A stretch of DNA of 64,000 bases from Candidatus Woesearchaeota archaeon (GTDB lineage: Archaea > Nanobdellota > Nanobdellia > Woesearchaeales > SKIA01), in contig JBJKRI010000006.1 of assembly GCA_046704725.1 (NCBI GenBank), positions 128,001 through 192,000 of the forward strand, in the 5' to 3' direction. Position 1 is the stretch's first letter; each line of letters opens with the position of its first letter. The notes under the pieces were generated by a model. That model worked only from the letters and a program-made list of their open reading frames with translations. It was not told the DNA's origin and did not search any database. The position numbers and the translations under genes were made by a program. Below, one piece after another: positions 1-10,402 of this stretch.

Positions 1-43
1 GGCCGGCGAAGCCGGCCCCGATAATGACGATATGGGGTCTCAC
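1..43 (-). CDS. N-terminus of FAD/NAD(P)-dependent oxidoreductase (runs off window edge)
   Basis: Minus strand from GTG at 43 reads (M)RPHIVIIGAGFAG, a Rossmann GxGxxG motif. Confidence 0.7.
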   Translation of the reverse strand, partial: MRPHIVIIGAGFAG

Positions 44-69
44 CTCAGGTGGCACACCGCATAGGACGA

Positions 70-77
70 TTTATAAA
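70..77. promoter_or_regulatory. Palindromic TATA box (TTTATAAA), likely serving both divergent genes
   Basis: About 23-27 nt from GTG 43 (-) and ATG 100 (+). Confidence 0.5.
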
Positions 78-99
78 TGTACTGGCGCATTCCGGACGC

Positions 100-768
100 A
101 TGCCGACACGAAAGCCTGAAAAGAAGGTGCATCAAAGGACTCCCGTGCGAAAACGCTACGTCACGGCCATCGGCATCGCCGTGCTCTCGGCGCTCGCCAC
201 GCTTCTCGCGTACGAGGCGTTGCCGGCGACGATCACCATGCACTGGAGCGCTTCTGGCGTCGCGAACGGTTTTGCTCCCAAGTGGCAGATATTCTTTGCG
301 CCCGCGCTGTCCGCGGTGCTCACCGCGATACTCTGGGCGCTGCCCTACATCGACCCGCAAGGGCGCACCAAGCGCTCCGAGGCGTACGCGAACCTTGTGG
401 TCGCCATCGCGTTTTTCATGCTGGTGGTGCAAGCGGCCATCCTCGCCAAGAACCTCGGCAGCGCGCTGCCCATGCAAGCGCTCATCAGCGTTCCGCTCGG
501 CATCCTCTTCATCGTGATGGGCATCTACTTGCCGCGCGTGCCGCGCAACTGGTTCATGGGCATCCGCACGCCCTGGACGCTGTCGAGCGACACCGTCTGG
601 AAGAAGACCCACCACCTAGGCGGGCGACTGTTCATCGCGTCCGGCGTAATCATGCTCTTGGGAATCATCTTCCCGTCGGCGGCCCTCGCATTCATCCTCG
701 TGGCCGCAATAGGGACGCTCTTGACGTGCGTCGCGTACAGCTATTTCGCGTGGCGCGCCGAACACTGA
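100..768 (+). CDS. SdpI/YfhL family membrane protein (DUF1648 + SdpI)
   Basis: LP..I.MHW...G.ANGF and PRNWFMGIRTPWTLSSDTVWKKTH motifs; multiple TM helices; start taken at ATG 100. Confidence 0.85.
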   Translation: MPTRKPEKKVHQRTPVRKRYVTAIGIAVLSALATLLAYEALPATITMHWSASGVANGFAPKWQIFFAPALSAVLTAILWALPYIDPQGRTKRSEAYANLVVAIAFFMLVVQAAILAKNLGSALPMQALISVPLGILFIVMGIYLPRVPRNWFMGIRTPWTLSSDTVWKKTHHLGGRLFIASGVIMLLGIIFPSAALAFILVAAIGTLLTCVAYSYFAWRAEH

Positions 769-771
769 GAA

Positions 772-854
772 CGCCACAGCCCGGATTTGAACCGGGGATT
801 CCTTACGGAACAGGATTAGCAATCCTGCGCAATACCAGGCTATGCGACTGTGGC
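772..854 (-). tRNA. tRNA-Ser(GCT)
   Basis: Reverse complement GCCACAG...CAGGATT-GCT-AATCCTG, long variable arm, GGTTCAAATCC T-loop, CTGTGGC-G acceptor; no encoded CCA. Confidence 0.95.
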
Positions 855-888
855 AGCGGATTGGCGAGTCCAAGACGCCTTTTAAACG

Positions 889-1950
889 TTATTCTTTGCC
901 TTCCTCACGGGCATAGATGACATTGACCAGCGCGTTCCCTTTCGTCACAGCGATGTAGAACCCCTCGAGATGCTCGGGATTGAGGCTGGAGACGTTCGCC
1001 AGGAATTCGTCGGGGCGATCGTTGTGGGGGAGGAGGTAGAACGCCACCGCGCGTTCCATATCAAGGAGCGGGATGGGGAGCTTCGTTTTGCCCACGTGCA
1101 GGGGGATCAGGAGGTACCATGGGGCGTCGACCGCTTCGGTATACTTCCGGTTGAAATCCGCCTGCACCTGATGGACCGCCTCGTGCGCCTGTATGCCGAC
1201 CGCCTCGCGGCGCAAGGCGACCAACGTGCGGTCGTAGCTCGCTATCGCCTCTTTTCGCAGCCGTTCCTGATCGCTCTGGAGAGGGTTGAGAGTGAAATAC
1301 CGTCGAACGGTGTCGACCCTTGTGACCAACGGGCGCTTGTAGGCGACCGCCCCGCCGAAGGAGAGCCCCCCCGACAGCTCGGGATCGAGGAAGAAGCGTT
1401 GAGAATGTTCGAACGAGAATGTCGGTATCCCTTCCTCCAGGGTTCGTTCGGGCTCGAAGCGCCCGCCTGACAGGAGGAAGTACGCGCTCCCGAGCACAGC
1501 GTCCTGAGGGGCGTAGGAGACGTGCAGTGCGCCGCAGTCGTCGGTGAGACGAACGCCGAGATAGCTCGTGGACACGTCATGGCACCAGCGCTCGCCCGTC
1601 ATCGCGTTCACCTGGACGCTGTTCCCTGCCTGGCCCACGAGGTACGCGAGCGGTGTACGGGCTCCATGGACGCGCAACCCATCGTCCGCGAGGCGCACCC
1701 CCTGCACAGCCGTCTCTGTGGCGAGGATCGTGCCGATCGTCCTCGCGTCGAGATGGCCCGAAGCGGCAGCATAGACGCTCTTGATGGCTGTATTGACCAG
1801 CGCATTGAGCCCGAAGCGCTCCGCCCGCTGCCAGCCGACGGTGGCCGGCGCGAAGGCGGTCAGCGCGTGTGTCTCCTGCTTTTGTGCCGCGAGCGGGGAC
1901 GCCAGGGAGAGTCCGGCGACGAGGGAGAGCAACGTACGGCGTACATTCAT
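889..1950 (-). CDS. Secreted hypothetical protein, putative HExxH zinc metallopeptidase
   Basis: Signal peptide ending PLAAQ; HEAVH and PDEF motifs; paralog at 13777-14829. Confidence 0.6.
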   Translation of the reverse strand: MNVRRTLLSLVAGLSLASPLAAQKQETHALTAFAPATVGWQRAERFGLNALVNTAIKSVYAAASGHLDARTIGTILATETAVQGVRLADDGLRVHGARTPLAYLVGQAGNSVQVNAMTGERWCHDVSTSYLGVRLTDDCGALHVSYAPQDAVLGSAYFLLSGGRFEPERTLEEGIPTFSFEHSQRFFLDPELSGGLSFGGAVAYKRPLVTRVDTVRRYFTLNPLQSDQERLRKEAIASYDRTLVALRREAVGIQAHEAVHQVQADFNRKYTEAVDAPWYLLIPLHVGKTKLPIPLLDMERAVAFYLLPHNDRPDEFLANVSSLNPEHLEGFYIAVTKGNALVNVIYAREEGKE

Positions 1951-2040
1951 TACCCGTTAGTGGTATATTTTAGTATTTAAATCCTCTGCTCTGGGGGATT
2001 CCTGCATAACCCTTAAAACGCGCCGGACGGCCCAGAAGGC

Positions 2041-2589
2041 ATGCGCGCACTACTGCTCACATTGCTGCTCGTGGCCGGCTGCACGGCGGCCGCGCAGACC
2101 CAGAGCACGCACGTCGTGCTCGACACGAACAAGGGCGTCATCGAGATCGCCCTGTACAACGCGACGGCGCCGCAGACGGTGAGCAACTTCCTGCGCTACG
2201 TCGACGAAGGCTTCTACGACGGGACGATTTTCCACCGCGTCATACCGGGCTTCGTCATACAGGGAGGCGGCTACACCGCTGAGGGCGTCAAGAAGGGCAC
2301 GCACGCTCCCATCGCATTGGAGGCGGGCGACAAGAACCTGCGAGGAACCATCGCCATGGCCCGCACGACAGACCCGAACAGCGCGACGAGCCAATTCTTC
2401 ATCAACCTCAAGGACAACTCCCAGCTCGACCCCGCACCGGGGAATCCGGGCTATGCCGTATTCGGGAAAGTGGTGAAGGGCATGGACGTAGTGGACGCCA
2501 TCGCGCAGGTTCCGACGGGAAGCCACGGCGACCACCAGGACTGGCCGACGACGCCGGTGGTCATCGAGCACGCCTACGTGAAGAAATAG
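2041..2589 (+). CDS. ppiA: Cyclophilin-type peptidyl-prolyl cis-trans isomerase, lipoprotein-like N-terminus
   Basis: FYDGTIFHRVIPGFVIQGGG, GTIAMART, SATSQFFIN motifs; LVAGC lipobox-like. Confidence 0.9.
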   Translation: MRALLLTLLLVAGCTAAAQTQSTHVVLDTNKGVIEIALYNATAPQTVSNFLRYVDEGFYDGTIFHRVIPGFVIQGGGYTAEGVKKGTHAPIALEAGDKNLRGTIAMARTTDPNSATSQFFINLKDNSQLDPAPGNPGYAVFGKVVKGMDVVDAIAQVPTGSHGDHQDWPTTPVVIEHAYVKK

Positions 2590-2625
2590 CATAAGGCTTA
2601 AAGGGACGGCAGGGCAAAGGAGCCC

Positions 2626-2985
2626 ATGGCAAGGGTCAGTCTCATCCATCGTTTCGGGCACCAGCTCACCGCAGAAGGCATCGCGGACGTCCTCGAGGAC
2701 GTCGCCAGGACATACCGGTCGAAGAGCCCGGGATCGGCGACGGTCCATCTCGAAAGGCGCGACGGCCCCGACGGGCCAGTCGCTCTGGAACGGCTGCGCA
2801 CAAGCGCGGAAAATAGAGACTTTGTCCGGTACGAGCTCCCCGGGTTGGAGGCAATAGCTGTCGTCGGCGACCGCGACGTGGGCTTCATCGCGGATATGAA
2901 GTACGCGGGAGCCCGAGCCGTCATCGCACGCTACGGCGAGAGATACCTGCTCTCCCGCGGCGTCAGCAAGGTGAGAGCCGCCTGA
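2626..2985 (+). CDS. Hypothetical protein
   Basis: ORF fills the gap between genes; TTAAA box upstream. Confidence 0.5.
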   Translation: MARVSLIHRFGHQLTAEGIADVLEDVARTYRSKSPGSATVHLERRDGPDGPVALERLRTSAENRDFVRYELPGLEAIAVVGDRDVGFIADMKYAGARAVIARYGERYLLSRGVSKVRAA

Positions 2986-3018
2986 AACCCTTATAAGGAT
3001 AGAAGACACAGGCCCCTG

Positions 3019-4914
3019 ATGCGCTGGTTGCTCCTCCTATTCGTGCTGGCACTGTTCGCGGTGCCGATGGCGCACGCCGAGCAATACATCTTCGACTCGA
3101 CGCTGTACGCGGCGCAGAACCTCGACGTGAACATCGCCGTGCAGAACAATATCACCTTGCAGGGGGACGTGCAATCGCTCACGGCGGAGCTCTTCTACTA
3201 TCCCAAGCCGTTCGGCGGGCAGACCGTGACGTCATTGACGACGACGCCGAACGCGCAGAGCACGAGCGACTCGCTCTTGTACCGCTGGGTCGCGCCGAGG
3301 AACCAAGTATCGCTGCTCATGAACAGCACGGTGCACAGCACCTTCTGGCGGCCGGCCCTCACTCACCCCATCCCCTTCCCCTACAAGACGGTGCCCGCCG
3401 CGGAGCAGCCATACCTGCAGAGCGAGCCCATCATCCAGATCACCCCGCAGATCCGGCAGCAGGCCGCGGCGATCGTCGGCAGCGAGACGGACGCGGTCAA
3501 GGTGACCTACCTGCTCGGCAAATGGGTGAAGGACCACGTGCGCTACGACCTCAACAGCGTCACGGCCAAAGCGACGGAGACGAGCCAATGGGTGCTCGAC
3601 AACAGGGAGGGCGTGTGCGACGAACTCACCAGCCTGTTCATCGCCATGGCACGCGCAGAAGGCATCCCCGCGCGCTTCATGTCAGGCGTCGCCTACACCA
3701 ACCTGCCATCATTGAACAGCAACTGGGGCCCGCACGGCTGGGCTGAGGTGTGGTATCCGGGCGTGGGCTGGGTGCCCTACGACGTGACCTACGGCGAGTA
3801 CGGCTACGTCGACGCGACGCACATCAGCTTCCAGGCCACGGCGGACGCCAAGACCGACGCTGCGGAGTACCGCATGCTCTCCCGCGGAGGCGATTTCAAC
3901 GCAGGACCGATCGCGCGCGACGTCACCCTGCTCGACAGGGGACAGGCGCGCCCGTCGGACATCAGCGTCCAGATCGCGCCCGCGCTCAAGGACGTGGGCT
4001 TCGGTGGCTGGAACCGCATCGACGTGACCGTGCATAATCTGCAGAACGAATACATATCCACAGAGCTCTACTTGGCTCGGACGGCGCATTTGAGCACGTC
4101 GGACTACAGCCAGAGCATATTGCTCGCTCCGGGAGAGCAGAGGACATTGCATTGGCTCGTCCAGGTGGACCCGTCATTGCGTGCCGGCTACGTCTACACG
4201 TTCCCCGTGGCCGTGAGCTCGAACACCGACCAGACATACGAGACGAACTTCACGGCACGCAGCGGCGGCGTCCTCGCGACAGAGCAGCAAGTGAGCGTGC
4301 CGACAGAAGCGACGGGCTCGCAACCGTTGCTCGGAAACCTGTCGTGCAAGTATCCTGAATCCGTCCTGCACGGACAGACCTTCACCGTCAACTGCACGTT
4401 CCCGCGGGCAGTGAAACTCTGCCTGACCAGCTGCGTGACGGGGACGAGCGTGAGCCAGAACTACACCTTCACCAGCGTCGGCGTGCACACCATCGTCGTG
4501 TCCGCCGAGGAAGGCGTGCGCAAGCAACAGCAGATACTCTCCGTGTCGGTCATGGACCAGCCGCACATCAACATCAGCGTGGAAGGGCCCAGCGAGGTGA
4601 ACGTATCGGGCAACGCGACGCTCGTCGTGCACGTCGCGCGGGACAGCTTCTCCACCCTAGGAGACGTGAAGCTCACCCTCGAGCATCCATTGCTGGGACA
4701 GAGCTGGGACCTCGGGACGCTCGACAGACCAGTCACGCTCGACATCGCGTTCTCGGGAGACCAGCTCACGGCGGGAACGAACACCCTGCGATTGGTCGCA
4801 AGCTACGACGGCAAGACAACCACGGACGCCGTCGAGGTGACGCCCGTGCCGCACACATTGTGGGAGCGCATCACGCTCTGGCTGAACAGCATCGTGGCGG
4901 CCCTCGGCCTCTGA
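3019..4914 (+). CDS. Secreted transglutaminase-like domain protein
   Basis: Signal peptide; GVCDE...HGWAEV...WVPYDVT Cys-His-Asp triad; Ig-like C-terminal region. Confidence 0.85.
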   Translation: MRWLLLLFVLALFAVPMAHAEQYIFDSTLYAAQNLDVNIAVQNNITLQGDVQSLTAELFYYPKPFGGQTVTSLTTTPNAQSTSDSLLYRWVAPRNQVSLLMNSTVHSTFWRPALTHPIPFPYKTVPAAEQPYLQSEPIIQITPQIRQQAAAIVGSETDAVKVTYLLGKWVKDHVRYDLNSVTAKATETSQWVLDNREGVCDELTSLFIAMARAEGIPARFMSGVAYTNLPSLNSNWGPHGWAEVWYPGVGWVPYDVTYGEYGYVDATHISFQATADAKTDAAEYRMLSRGGDFNAGPIARDVTLLDRGQARPSDISVQIAPALKDVGFGGWNRIDVTVHNLQNEYISTELYLARTAHLSTSDYSQSILLAPGEQRTLHWLVQVDPSLRAGYVYTFPVAVSSNTDQTYETNFTARSGGVLATEQQVSVPTEATGSQPLLGNLSCKYPESVLHGQTFTVNCTFPRAVKLCLTSCVTGTSVSQNYTFTSVGVHTIVVSAEEGVRKQQQILSVSVMDQPHINISVEGPSEVNVSGNATLVVHVARDSFSTLGDVKLTLEHPLLGQSWDLGTLDRPVTLDIAFSGDQLTAGTNTLRLVASYDGKTTTDAVEVTPVPHTLWERITLWLNSIVAALGL

Positions 4915-4956
4915 GCACAGACGTTTTATAAGGAAAGGCGCGCTCTTCTACCGTAC

Positions 4957-6804
4957 ATGAAAAAGACAGAGATACTCGTGCCCGACACGAGCGTGATCGC
5001 CGAAGGGCTTGTCACGACATACATCAAGGAGGGGAAGCTCTCCCCGAAACGCATCATCATCGCCGAAGCCGTGCTCAACGAGCTCGAGCACCAGGCCAAC
5101 CAAGGACGCGAGACCGGGAAGATCGGCCTCGAAGAGATAAAAAAGCTCCAGAAAGGAACGGGAAAGAAATACACTCTCGAGTACAAGGGCAAGCGCCCCG
5201 GAGAGTTCGAGATCAAGTTCAGCAGCTCCGGAGCGGTGGACAACCTCATCCGGCAGATAGCGCGCGAGGAGAAAGGCACGCTGATGACAGCGGACAAGGT
5301 GCAGGCCTCCGTGGCAGAAGCGATGGGCATACCCGTCGAGTTCGTGCGCTTCCACTTCGACGAGAAAGCCATCAAGGACCCGTTGAAAAAGCACTTCGAC
5401 AGCAAGACGATGAGCGTGCACTACAAGGAAGGCTCGCCCACCATCGCCAAGCGCGGAAAGCCGGGGGAGTGGCGCTTCGTCGAGCTCAAGGAGACGCCCG
5501 AACGAAAGCAGATGGAGACATTGGCGAAAGACATCGTCGAGGCCGCGCAGAAACGGCGGGACAGCTTCGTCGAGATAGAACGGCAGGGGAGCACGATACT
5601 CCAGCTCGGGCAGTACAGGGTGGTGATCGCGAAACCGCCATTCGCCTCGGCATGGGAAGTGACCGCCGTACGGCCCGTCGCACACCTGTCCCTCAAGGAC
5701 TACGACTTCCCCGAGAAGTTCCGGAAACGCCTCGAGGAGAAGGCCGAGGGCATCCTCGTGGCGGGCGCTCCCGGAGAGGGCAAGAGCACGTTCGCCCAGG
5801 CGCTCGGGGAGTTCTACGCGGGAAAGCAACGCATCGTCAAGACCATCGAGGCGCCGCGAGACCTGGTACTGCCAAAAAGCATCACGCAGTACAGCGCGTC
5901 GCACGGCTCGCCGGAGGAACTGCGCGACGTCCTCTTGCTGAACAGGCCCGACTACACCATCTACGACGAGATACGCAACACCCAGGACTTCCTGCTCTTC
6001 GCGGACATGCGCATGAGTGGTGTCGGCATGATTGGCGTGGTCCACGCGACAAGCCCTGTGGATTCCGTCTCACGCTTCATCAACCGCGTGGAGCTCGGCA
6101 TGATACCGAACATCATCGACACGGTCGTCTTCATCAAGGCGGGCGGCGTCGCCAAGGTCTACTCGCTCGAGATCAAAGTGAAAGTGCCCGCGGGCATGAC
6201 AGAAGAGGACCTCGCACGACCGGTGGTCGTGGTGACGGACTTCTACACGGGAACGCCGGAGTACGAGATATACAGCTACGGCGACCAGACGACAGTGGTG
6301 CCCGTGCAATCGCAGAAAAAGGGCCAGAGCGCCGTCCTGCGCTTCGCAGAGCAAGGACTGCGCGACTACTTCTCGCAATACACGGACAGGGCCGAGGTCG
6401 AGGTACTCTCGGAGCACAAGGTACGCGTGTACGTGCCCGAATCACGGATAGCCGCGCTCATCGGCAAGGGAGGCGGCAACATCCAGGAAGTGGAGAAGGA
6501 ATTAGGACTGTCCGTGGACGTCGCGTCATTGTCGGACTACAGCGGCAAGAGCTCCGCGAAGACGCAGTCCAAGAGCCCGGGCTCGCGGCAGATCGAATGG
6601 GAGGCCTTCGTGGACCGCAAGAACATCATCGTCGAGCTCCCCAACGATTTCGCCGACAAGGAAATCGACCTCTATGACCGCGGTGACTACGTCGCGACGA
6701 TGACCGCGTCGAAGAAGGCGCAGATCAAGATATCGCTCTCGTCGCCGATCGGAAGACGGCTGTCGAAAGTGATCGAGCGAGACAGACTGGAGATACAGGC
6801 GTGA
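4957..6804 (+). CDS. PIN-domain/VirB11-like ATPase with KH domain (PINA-like)
   Basis: N-terminal PIN (VPDTSVI), Walker A GAPGEGKST, KH motif IGKGGGNI. Confidence 0.9.
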   Translation: MKKTEILVPDTSVIAEGLVTTYIKEGKLSPKRIIIAEAVLNELEHQANQGRETGKIGLEEIKKLQKGTGKKYTLEYKGKRPGEFEIKFSSSGAVDNLIRQIAREEKGTLMTADKVQASVAEAMGIPVEFVRFHFDEKAIKDPLKKHFDSKTMSVHYKEGSPTIAKRGKPGEWRFVELKETPERKQMETLAKDIVEAAQKRRDSFVEIERQGSTILQLGQYRVVIAKPPFASAWEVTAVRPVAHLSLKDYDFPEKFRKRLEEKAEGILVAGAPGEGKSTFAQALGEFYAGKQRIVKTIEAPRDLVLPKSITQYSASHGSPEELRDVLLLNRPDYTIYDEIRNTQDFLLFADMRMSGVGMIGVVHATSPVDSVSRFINRVELGMIPNIIDTVVFIKAGGVAKVYSLEIKVKVPAGMTEEDLARPVVVVTDFYTGTPEYEIYSYGDQTTVVPVQSQKKGQSAVLRFAEQGLRDYFSQYTDRAEVEVLSEHKVRVYVPESRIAALIGKGGGNIQEVEKELGLSVDVASLSDYSGKSSAKTQSKSPGSRQIEWEAFVDRKNIIVELPNDFADKEIDLYDRGDYVATMTASKKAQIKISLSSPIGRRLSKVIERDRLEIQA

Positions 6805-6854
6805 TTTCTGACGCAGGCCGAATAGCATAAAAAGAAAGCCGCACGCTTTTCTGC

Positions 6855-7847
6855 ATGGAATACATCCTGCCACCGCGCCTCAAGAAAGGCGCCCACATCC
6901 GCGTCATCGCTCCTGCTCGCAGCATCGCCGTCATCGGCGAGGAACAGGCGCAGAAGACGAAAGCGCGTCTCGAAGCGCTGGGCTATCAAGTGAGCTTCTC
7001 CAAGCACTCCCATGAGAACTTCGCCTTCAACAGCGGACAGGTGGACGGGCGCGTAGAAGACCTGCACGAGGCGTTCGAGGATGACGATGTCGACGCGATC
7101 CTCACCGTCACCGGAGGGTTCAACAGCAACCAGCTGCTCGACAGGATAGACTACACACTCATCAAGGCGCATCCGAAGATCCTGTGCGGCTATTCGGACA
7201 TCACCGCGTTGACCAACGCCATCACGGCGAAGACGGGGATCGTCACGTACAGCGGACCGCACTTCTCCTCGTTCGGCATGGAGAAGGGGAACGAGTACAC
7301 GATCGAGCACTTCAGGCGTGCGTTGGAAACAAGCGAACCCTATGTCGTGGAGCCGTCGGAGGAGTGGAGCGACGACCTCTGGTTCTTGGACCAGGAGGAC
7401 CGCATGTTCATCCCGAATCCAGGTCCTGTCGCCATCAATCCGGGGAAAGCGAAGGGACGCCTTGTCGGCGGCAATCTCTGCACGTTCATCCTCCTGCACG
7501 GCACGAAATACATGCCGTCCTTGCAAGACACCATTCTTTTCATCGAGGAGGACGCGTCATTCGGAGAAGACACAGCGATGTTCGTGGACCGTCACCTGCA
7601 ATCCATCATCCAGCAGCCCGGATTCACGGGCGTGAAGGGCATCATCTTCGGACGGCCGCAGAAAGGCACGAACATGGACGAGAAGGCGTTCCGCACCATC
7701 GTGGGCATGAAGCCCGAACTCAAGGAAATGCCAATCGCCTATGGCTTTGACTTCGGGCACACGTGCCCGATGACCACCTTGCCGGTCGGCGGGGACGCCG
7801 AACTGACCGTTGCGGATACCGTCGAGCTGCGCATCACGAGGCATTAG
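6855..7847 (+). CDS. S66 peptidase (LD-carboxypeptidase/MccF family)
   Basis: GYSDITAL, GGNL, LFIEE, DFGHT motifs. Confidence 0.9.
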   Translation: MEYILPPRLKKGAHIRVIAPARSIAVIGEEQAQKTKARLEALGYQVSFSKHSHENFAFNSGQVDGRVEDLHEAFEDDDVDAILTVTGGFNSNQLLDRIDYTLIKAHPKILCGYSDITALTNAITAKTGIVTYSGPHFSSFGMEKGNEYTIEHFRRALETSEPYVVEPSEEWSDDLWFLDQEDRMFIPNPGPVAINPGKAKGRLVGGNLCTFILLHGTKYMPSLQDTILFIEEDASFGEDTAMFVDRHLQSIIQQPGFTGVKGIIFGRPQKGTNMDEKAFRTIVGMKPELKEMPIAYGFDFGHTCPMTTLPVGGDAELTVADTVELRITRH

Positions 7848-7890
7848 GCCGCACAGCTTTATATATTCGGTTCCCCCGAAAAGGTCAGCG

Positions 7891-8166
7891 ATGCGCGCAG
7901 CGACACTCCTCATCATCATACTTGCCCTCCCGTTCGCCACGGCCATGACAGGCTACTGCACAGGGCACTACGTCGAGAAGGGACCGAACTGGGTGGACGG
8001 CCTCGTGCAGAAGGGCGACGTGTACGAGTACTACTGCGAACTACCCAGCACAGTGTCAGGCGACGATACATTCAACCTCCACCTGCAGTACAGCAACGCC
8101 GAGCTCACACAGCAATTCCTCGCGCCGCGCGTGGTCTATGGAACGACACTGGTGATATTCCCATGA
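7891..8166 (+). CDS. Small secreted protein resembling an archaellin C-terminal half
   Basis: Sec signal, then YVEKGPNWVDGLVQKGDV...P...IFP aligning to the C-termini of the archaellins at 42416-44325. Confidence 0.6.
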   Translation: MRAATLLIIILALPFATAMTGYCTGHYVEKGPNWVDGLVQKGDVYEYYCELPSTVSGDDTFNLHLQYSNAELTQQFLAPRVVYGTTLVIFP

Positions 8167-8489
8167 ACGGCATAGAGCTCCTCGTTCTCCTGATAGCCGC
8201 GATCGGCATCACGGCGGTCGTCGTGCTCGTCTACGTGCAGGACGTGCACAGCTACCAGCTCAGCAGCAACCCGATACCCAAAGAATCGGATGTGCGCGTG
8301 GTCAACGTTATCGCGCAGAACATCAGCAACGGCAGCTTCAAACAGGTACGCATCAGCGTGACGACGACCGGAAAACTCGCACTGAACACGACACTCATCA
8401 CGCTGCAGACGGCGAACGGCTCTGCCGACCTGCAATGGCGCAACGGCACGCTCAAGCGGAACGTGACGACGGGGTTCTACACGCAATGA
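8163..8489 (+). CDS. Pilin/archaellin N-terminal-half-like protein
   Basis: Hydrophobic N-terminal helix, then VRVVNVIA...LALNTTLITLQT resembling archaellin AKVIEVSA...IKLSEVTLTFNT. Confidence 0.55.
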   Translation: MNGIELLVLLIAAIGITAVVVLVYVQDVHSYQLSSNPIPKESDVRVVNVIAQNISNGSFKQVRISVTTTGKLALNTTLITLQTANGSADLQWRNGTLKRNVTTGFYTQ

Positions 8490-10402
8490 AGCCATTGCTC
8501 ATTCTCCTCGCGCTGCTCGCCGCCATCCCCGTAGCGACAGCATTACAGACGACGCTCACAGTGACCGGATGCACCGCGACCATCTGCAACACGACAGAGC
8601 TCAACGCGTGGAACAACGTCTCGGGCATGAACATCAGCAAGAACGGCGCGGGGAACGTGAGCATGAGCCAGTTCGCGGGGAACAACCTGAGCACCATCAC
8701 GAACGTCTCGTTCCTCCTCTCGCACGACGGCGACTCGTCCATATCCGGCTCGTGGACCATCACGTTCTGGAACGAGACCAGCCAAGCGGCGTACTGCAGC
8801 ATGACCACGCCACTGGTGACAGCGTGGACGGTCGTGAACCTCACACCGACCGGCTGCGCATGGACGCCGGCGAAGCTCGCCGACCTGGGCGTGAACTTCG
8901 CGAACGGGGACACGGGAAAGCCCGCCACCGCGTATGTGGACTACTTCGACAGCACCGTGGTCTACTCTCCACCGCCCGTGCAGGACACGTTCGTGCGATA
9001 CACCTACGTGAGCCGGAGCGCGGCGACGATCGCCTGGGACACGAACAACGCCGCGAACAGCACCGTAGAGTACGGGACGACCACAGCGCTAGGGACCACG
9101 CTCACCAACACGAGCCTCACGACAAACCACAGCGCCACCATCAGCGGCCTAGCGGCGAACACCCTCTATTACTACAACGTGACCAGCTGCGACGGCAACA
9201 CCTGCAACACCTCCGGGCCGTACAACCTCACCACCTACCAAACTCTCCAAGTGGCGACGTGCAGCGGCGTGACCTGCTCGGTGTCCGGCGTGAACAGCTA
9301 CGACAATATCACGAGCGCGACGGGAACGAGCACGAACAACTACACGGCGAACTACACCGCCCTGGGACAATCCACGGCGACAATACAGAACATGACGTAC
9401 CGCATCGACTATAGCACGCAGAGCGCGACGGTCACATTGCTCTTCGAGAACGCCTCGAGCGGCACGCAATGGTGCAGCGCGACGCTGCCCGCGCAGGCGA
9501 GCATGACCTACGCCGAGGTCACACCGACAGGCTGCGCATGGACGCCGGCACGGCTCGACCAGCTATCGGTCGTCCAGGGCTACGGCGCGACGGACACGAG
9601 CAGCTTCGACTTCACGGCGGCGCTCGTGGATTACGTCTTCTTGCCGCAGATCAGCGGCGTGCGGAACGGGACGCTCAGCCTCAGTCAAAAACAAGTGAAC
9701 TGGACGACGCTCAACGCCGCGAACGGGACCATACAGTGGGGGAACACGACAGCGCTGGGCAACACCCTGACGAACACCACCTTTACGACCACACACCAAG
9801 CGACCATCACCGGGCTCTTGACGAGCACGACATACTACTACAACATCACGAGCTGCACGACGGACGGCTGCGAGACAGTCGGGCCCTACAGCTTCACCAC
9901 GCCAGCAGACCTCACACCCATCATCAGCAACGTGCAAGCGACGAACATCACCGACACCGGAGCGACCATCACTTGGACGACGAGCGCGGCGGCGAACAGC
10001 AGCGTGGACTACGGGAACACGAGCGCGTTAGGGACGAACGTCACGAACGCGACGCAGACGACGACGCATAGCATCGCCATTACCGGACTGAACACCACGA
10101 CGACCTACTATTACAACGTGACCAGCTGCAACAGCTTCGGCTGCAAAAGCGCGGGCACCTACAGCTTCATCACCGCGCCGCCCAAGAAGACATGCACCTA
10201 TATCTACACGCAGAAAGGCAGCGACTGGAAGCAAGGCATGCTCTCCAAAGGGGACGTGGTGCGCATTACCTGCCGGCTGCCGACGGCCATCCGGCCAAGA
10301 CAGGACCTCACTATCAAGCTGCTCTTCGAGAAGATCGAGTCCAGCCTGATGGTCCAGACGCCACGATTGTTCGTGCACGATCCGGAGGCGGTGTACCCAT
10401 GA
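8486..10402 (+). CDS. Secreted FN3-like repeat protein with an archaellin-C-half-like C-terminal domain
   Basis: Signal peptide; three FN3-like repeats (ATI.W.T...ANS.V.YG...H...I.GL...T.YYYNVTSC); C-terminal QKGSDWKQGMLSKGDVVRI...VYP. Confidence 0.7.
   Translation: MKPLLILLALLAAIPVATALQTTLTVTGCTATICNTTELNAWNNVSGMNISKNGAGNVSMSQFAGNNLSTITNVSFLLSHDGDSSISGSWTITFWNETSQAAYCSMTTPLVTAWTVVNLTPTGCAWTPAKLADLGVNFANGDTGKPATAYVDYFDSTVVYSPPPVQDTFVRYTYVSRSAATIAWDTNNAANSTVEYGTTTALGTTLTNTSLTTNHSATISGLAANTLYYYNVTSCDGNTCNTSGPYNLTTYQTLQVATCSGVTCSVSGVNSYDNITSATGTSTNNYTANYTALGQSTATIQNMTYRIDYSTQSATVTLLFENASSGTQWCSATLPAQASMTYAEVTPTGCAWTPARLDQLSVVQGYGATDTSSFDFTAALVDYVFLPQISGVRNGTLSLSQKQVNWTTLNAANGTIQWGNTTALGNTLTNTTFTTTHQATITGLLTSTTYYYNITSCTTDGCETVGPYSFTTPADLTPIISNVQATNITDTGATITWTTSAAANSSVDYGNTSALGTNVTNATQTTTHSIAITGLNTTTTYYYNVTSCNSFGCKSAGTYSFITAPPKKTCTYIYTQKGSDWKQGMLSKGDVVRITCRLPTAIRPRQDLTIKLLFEKIESSLMVQTPRLFVHDPEAVYP

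Noticed and set aside
1-17. Perfect hairpin GGCCGGC-GAA-GCCGGCC as a terminator or RNA element
   Set aside because: Explained by Gly-Ala-Gly-Phe-Ala-Gly codons of the minus-strand oxidoreductase
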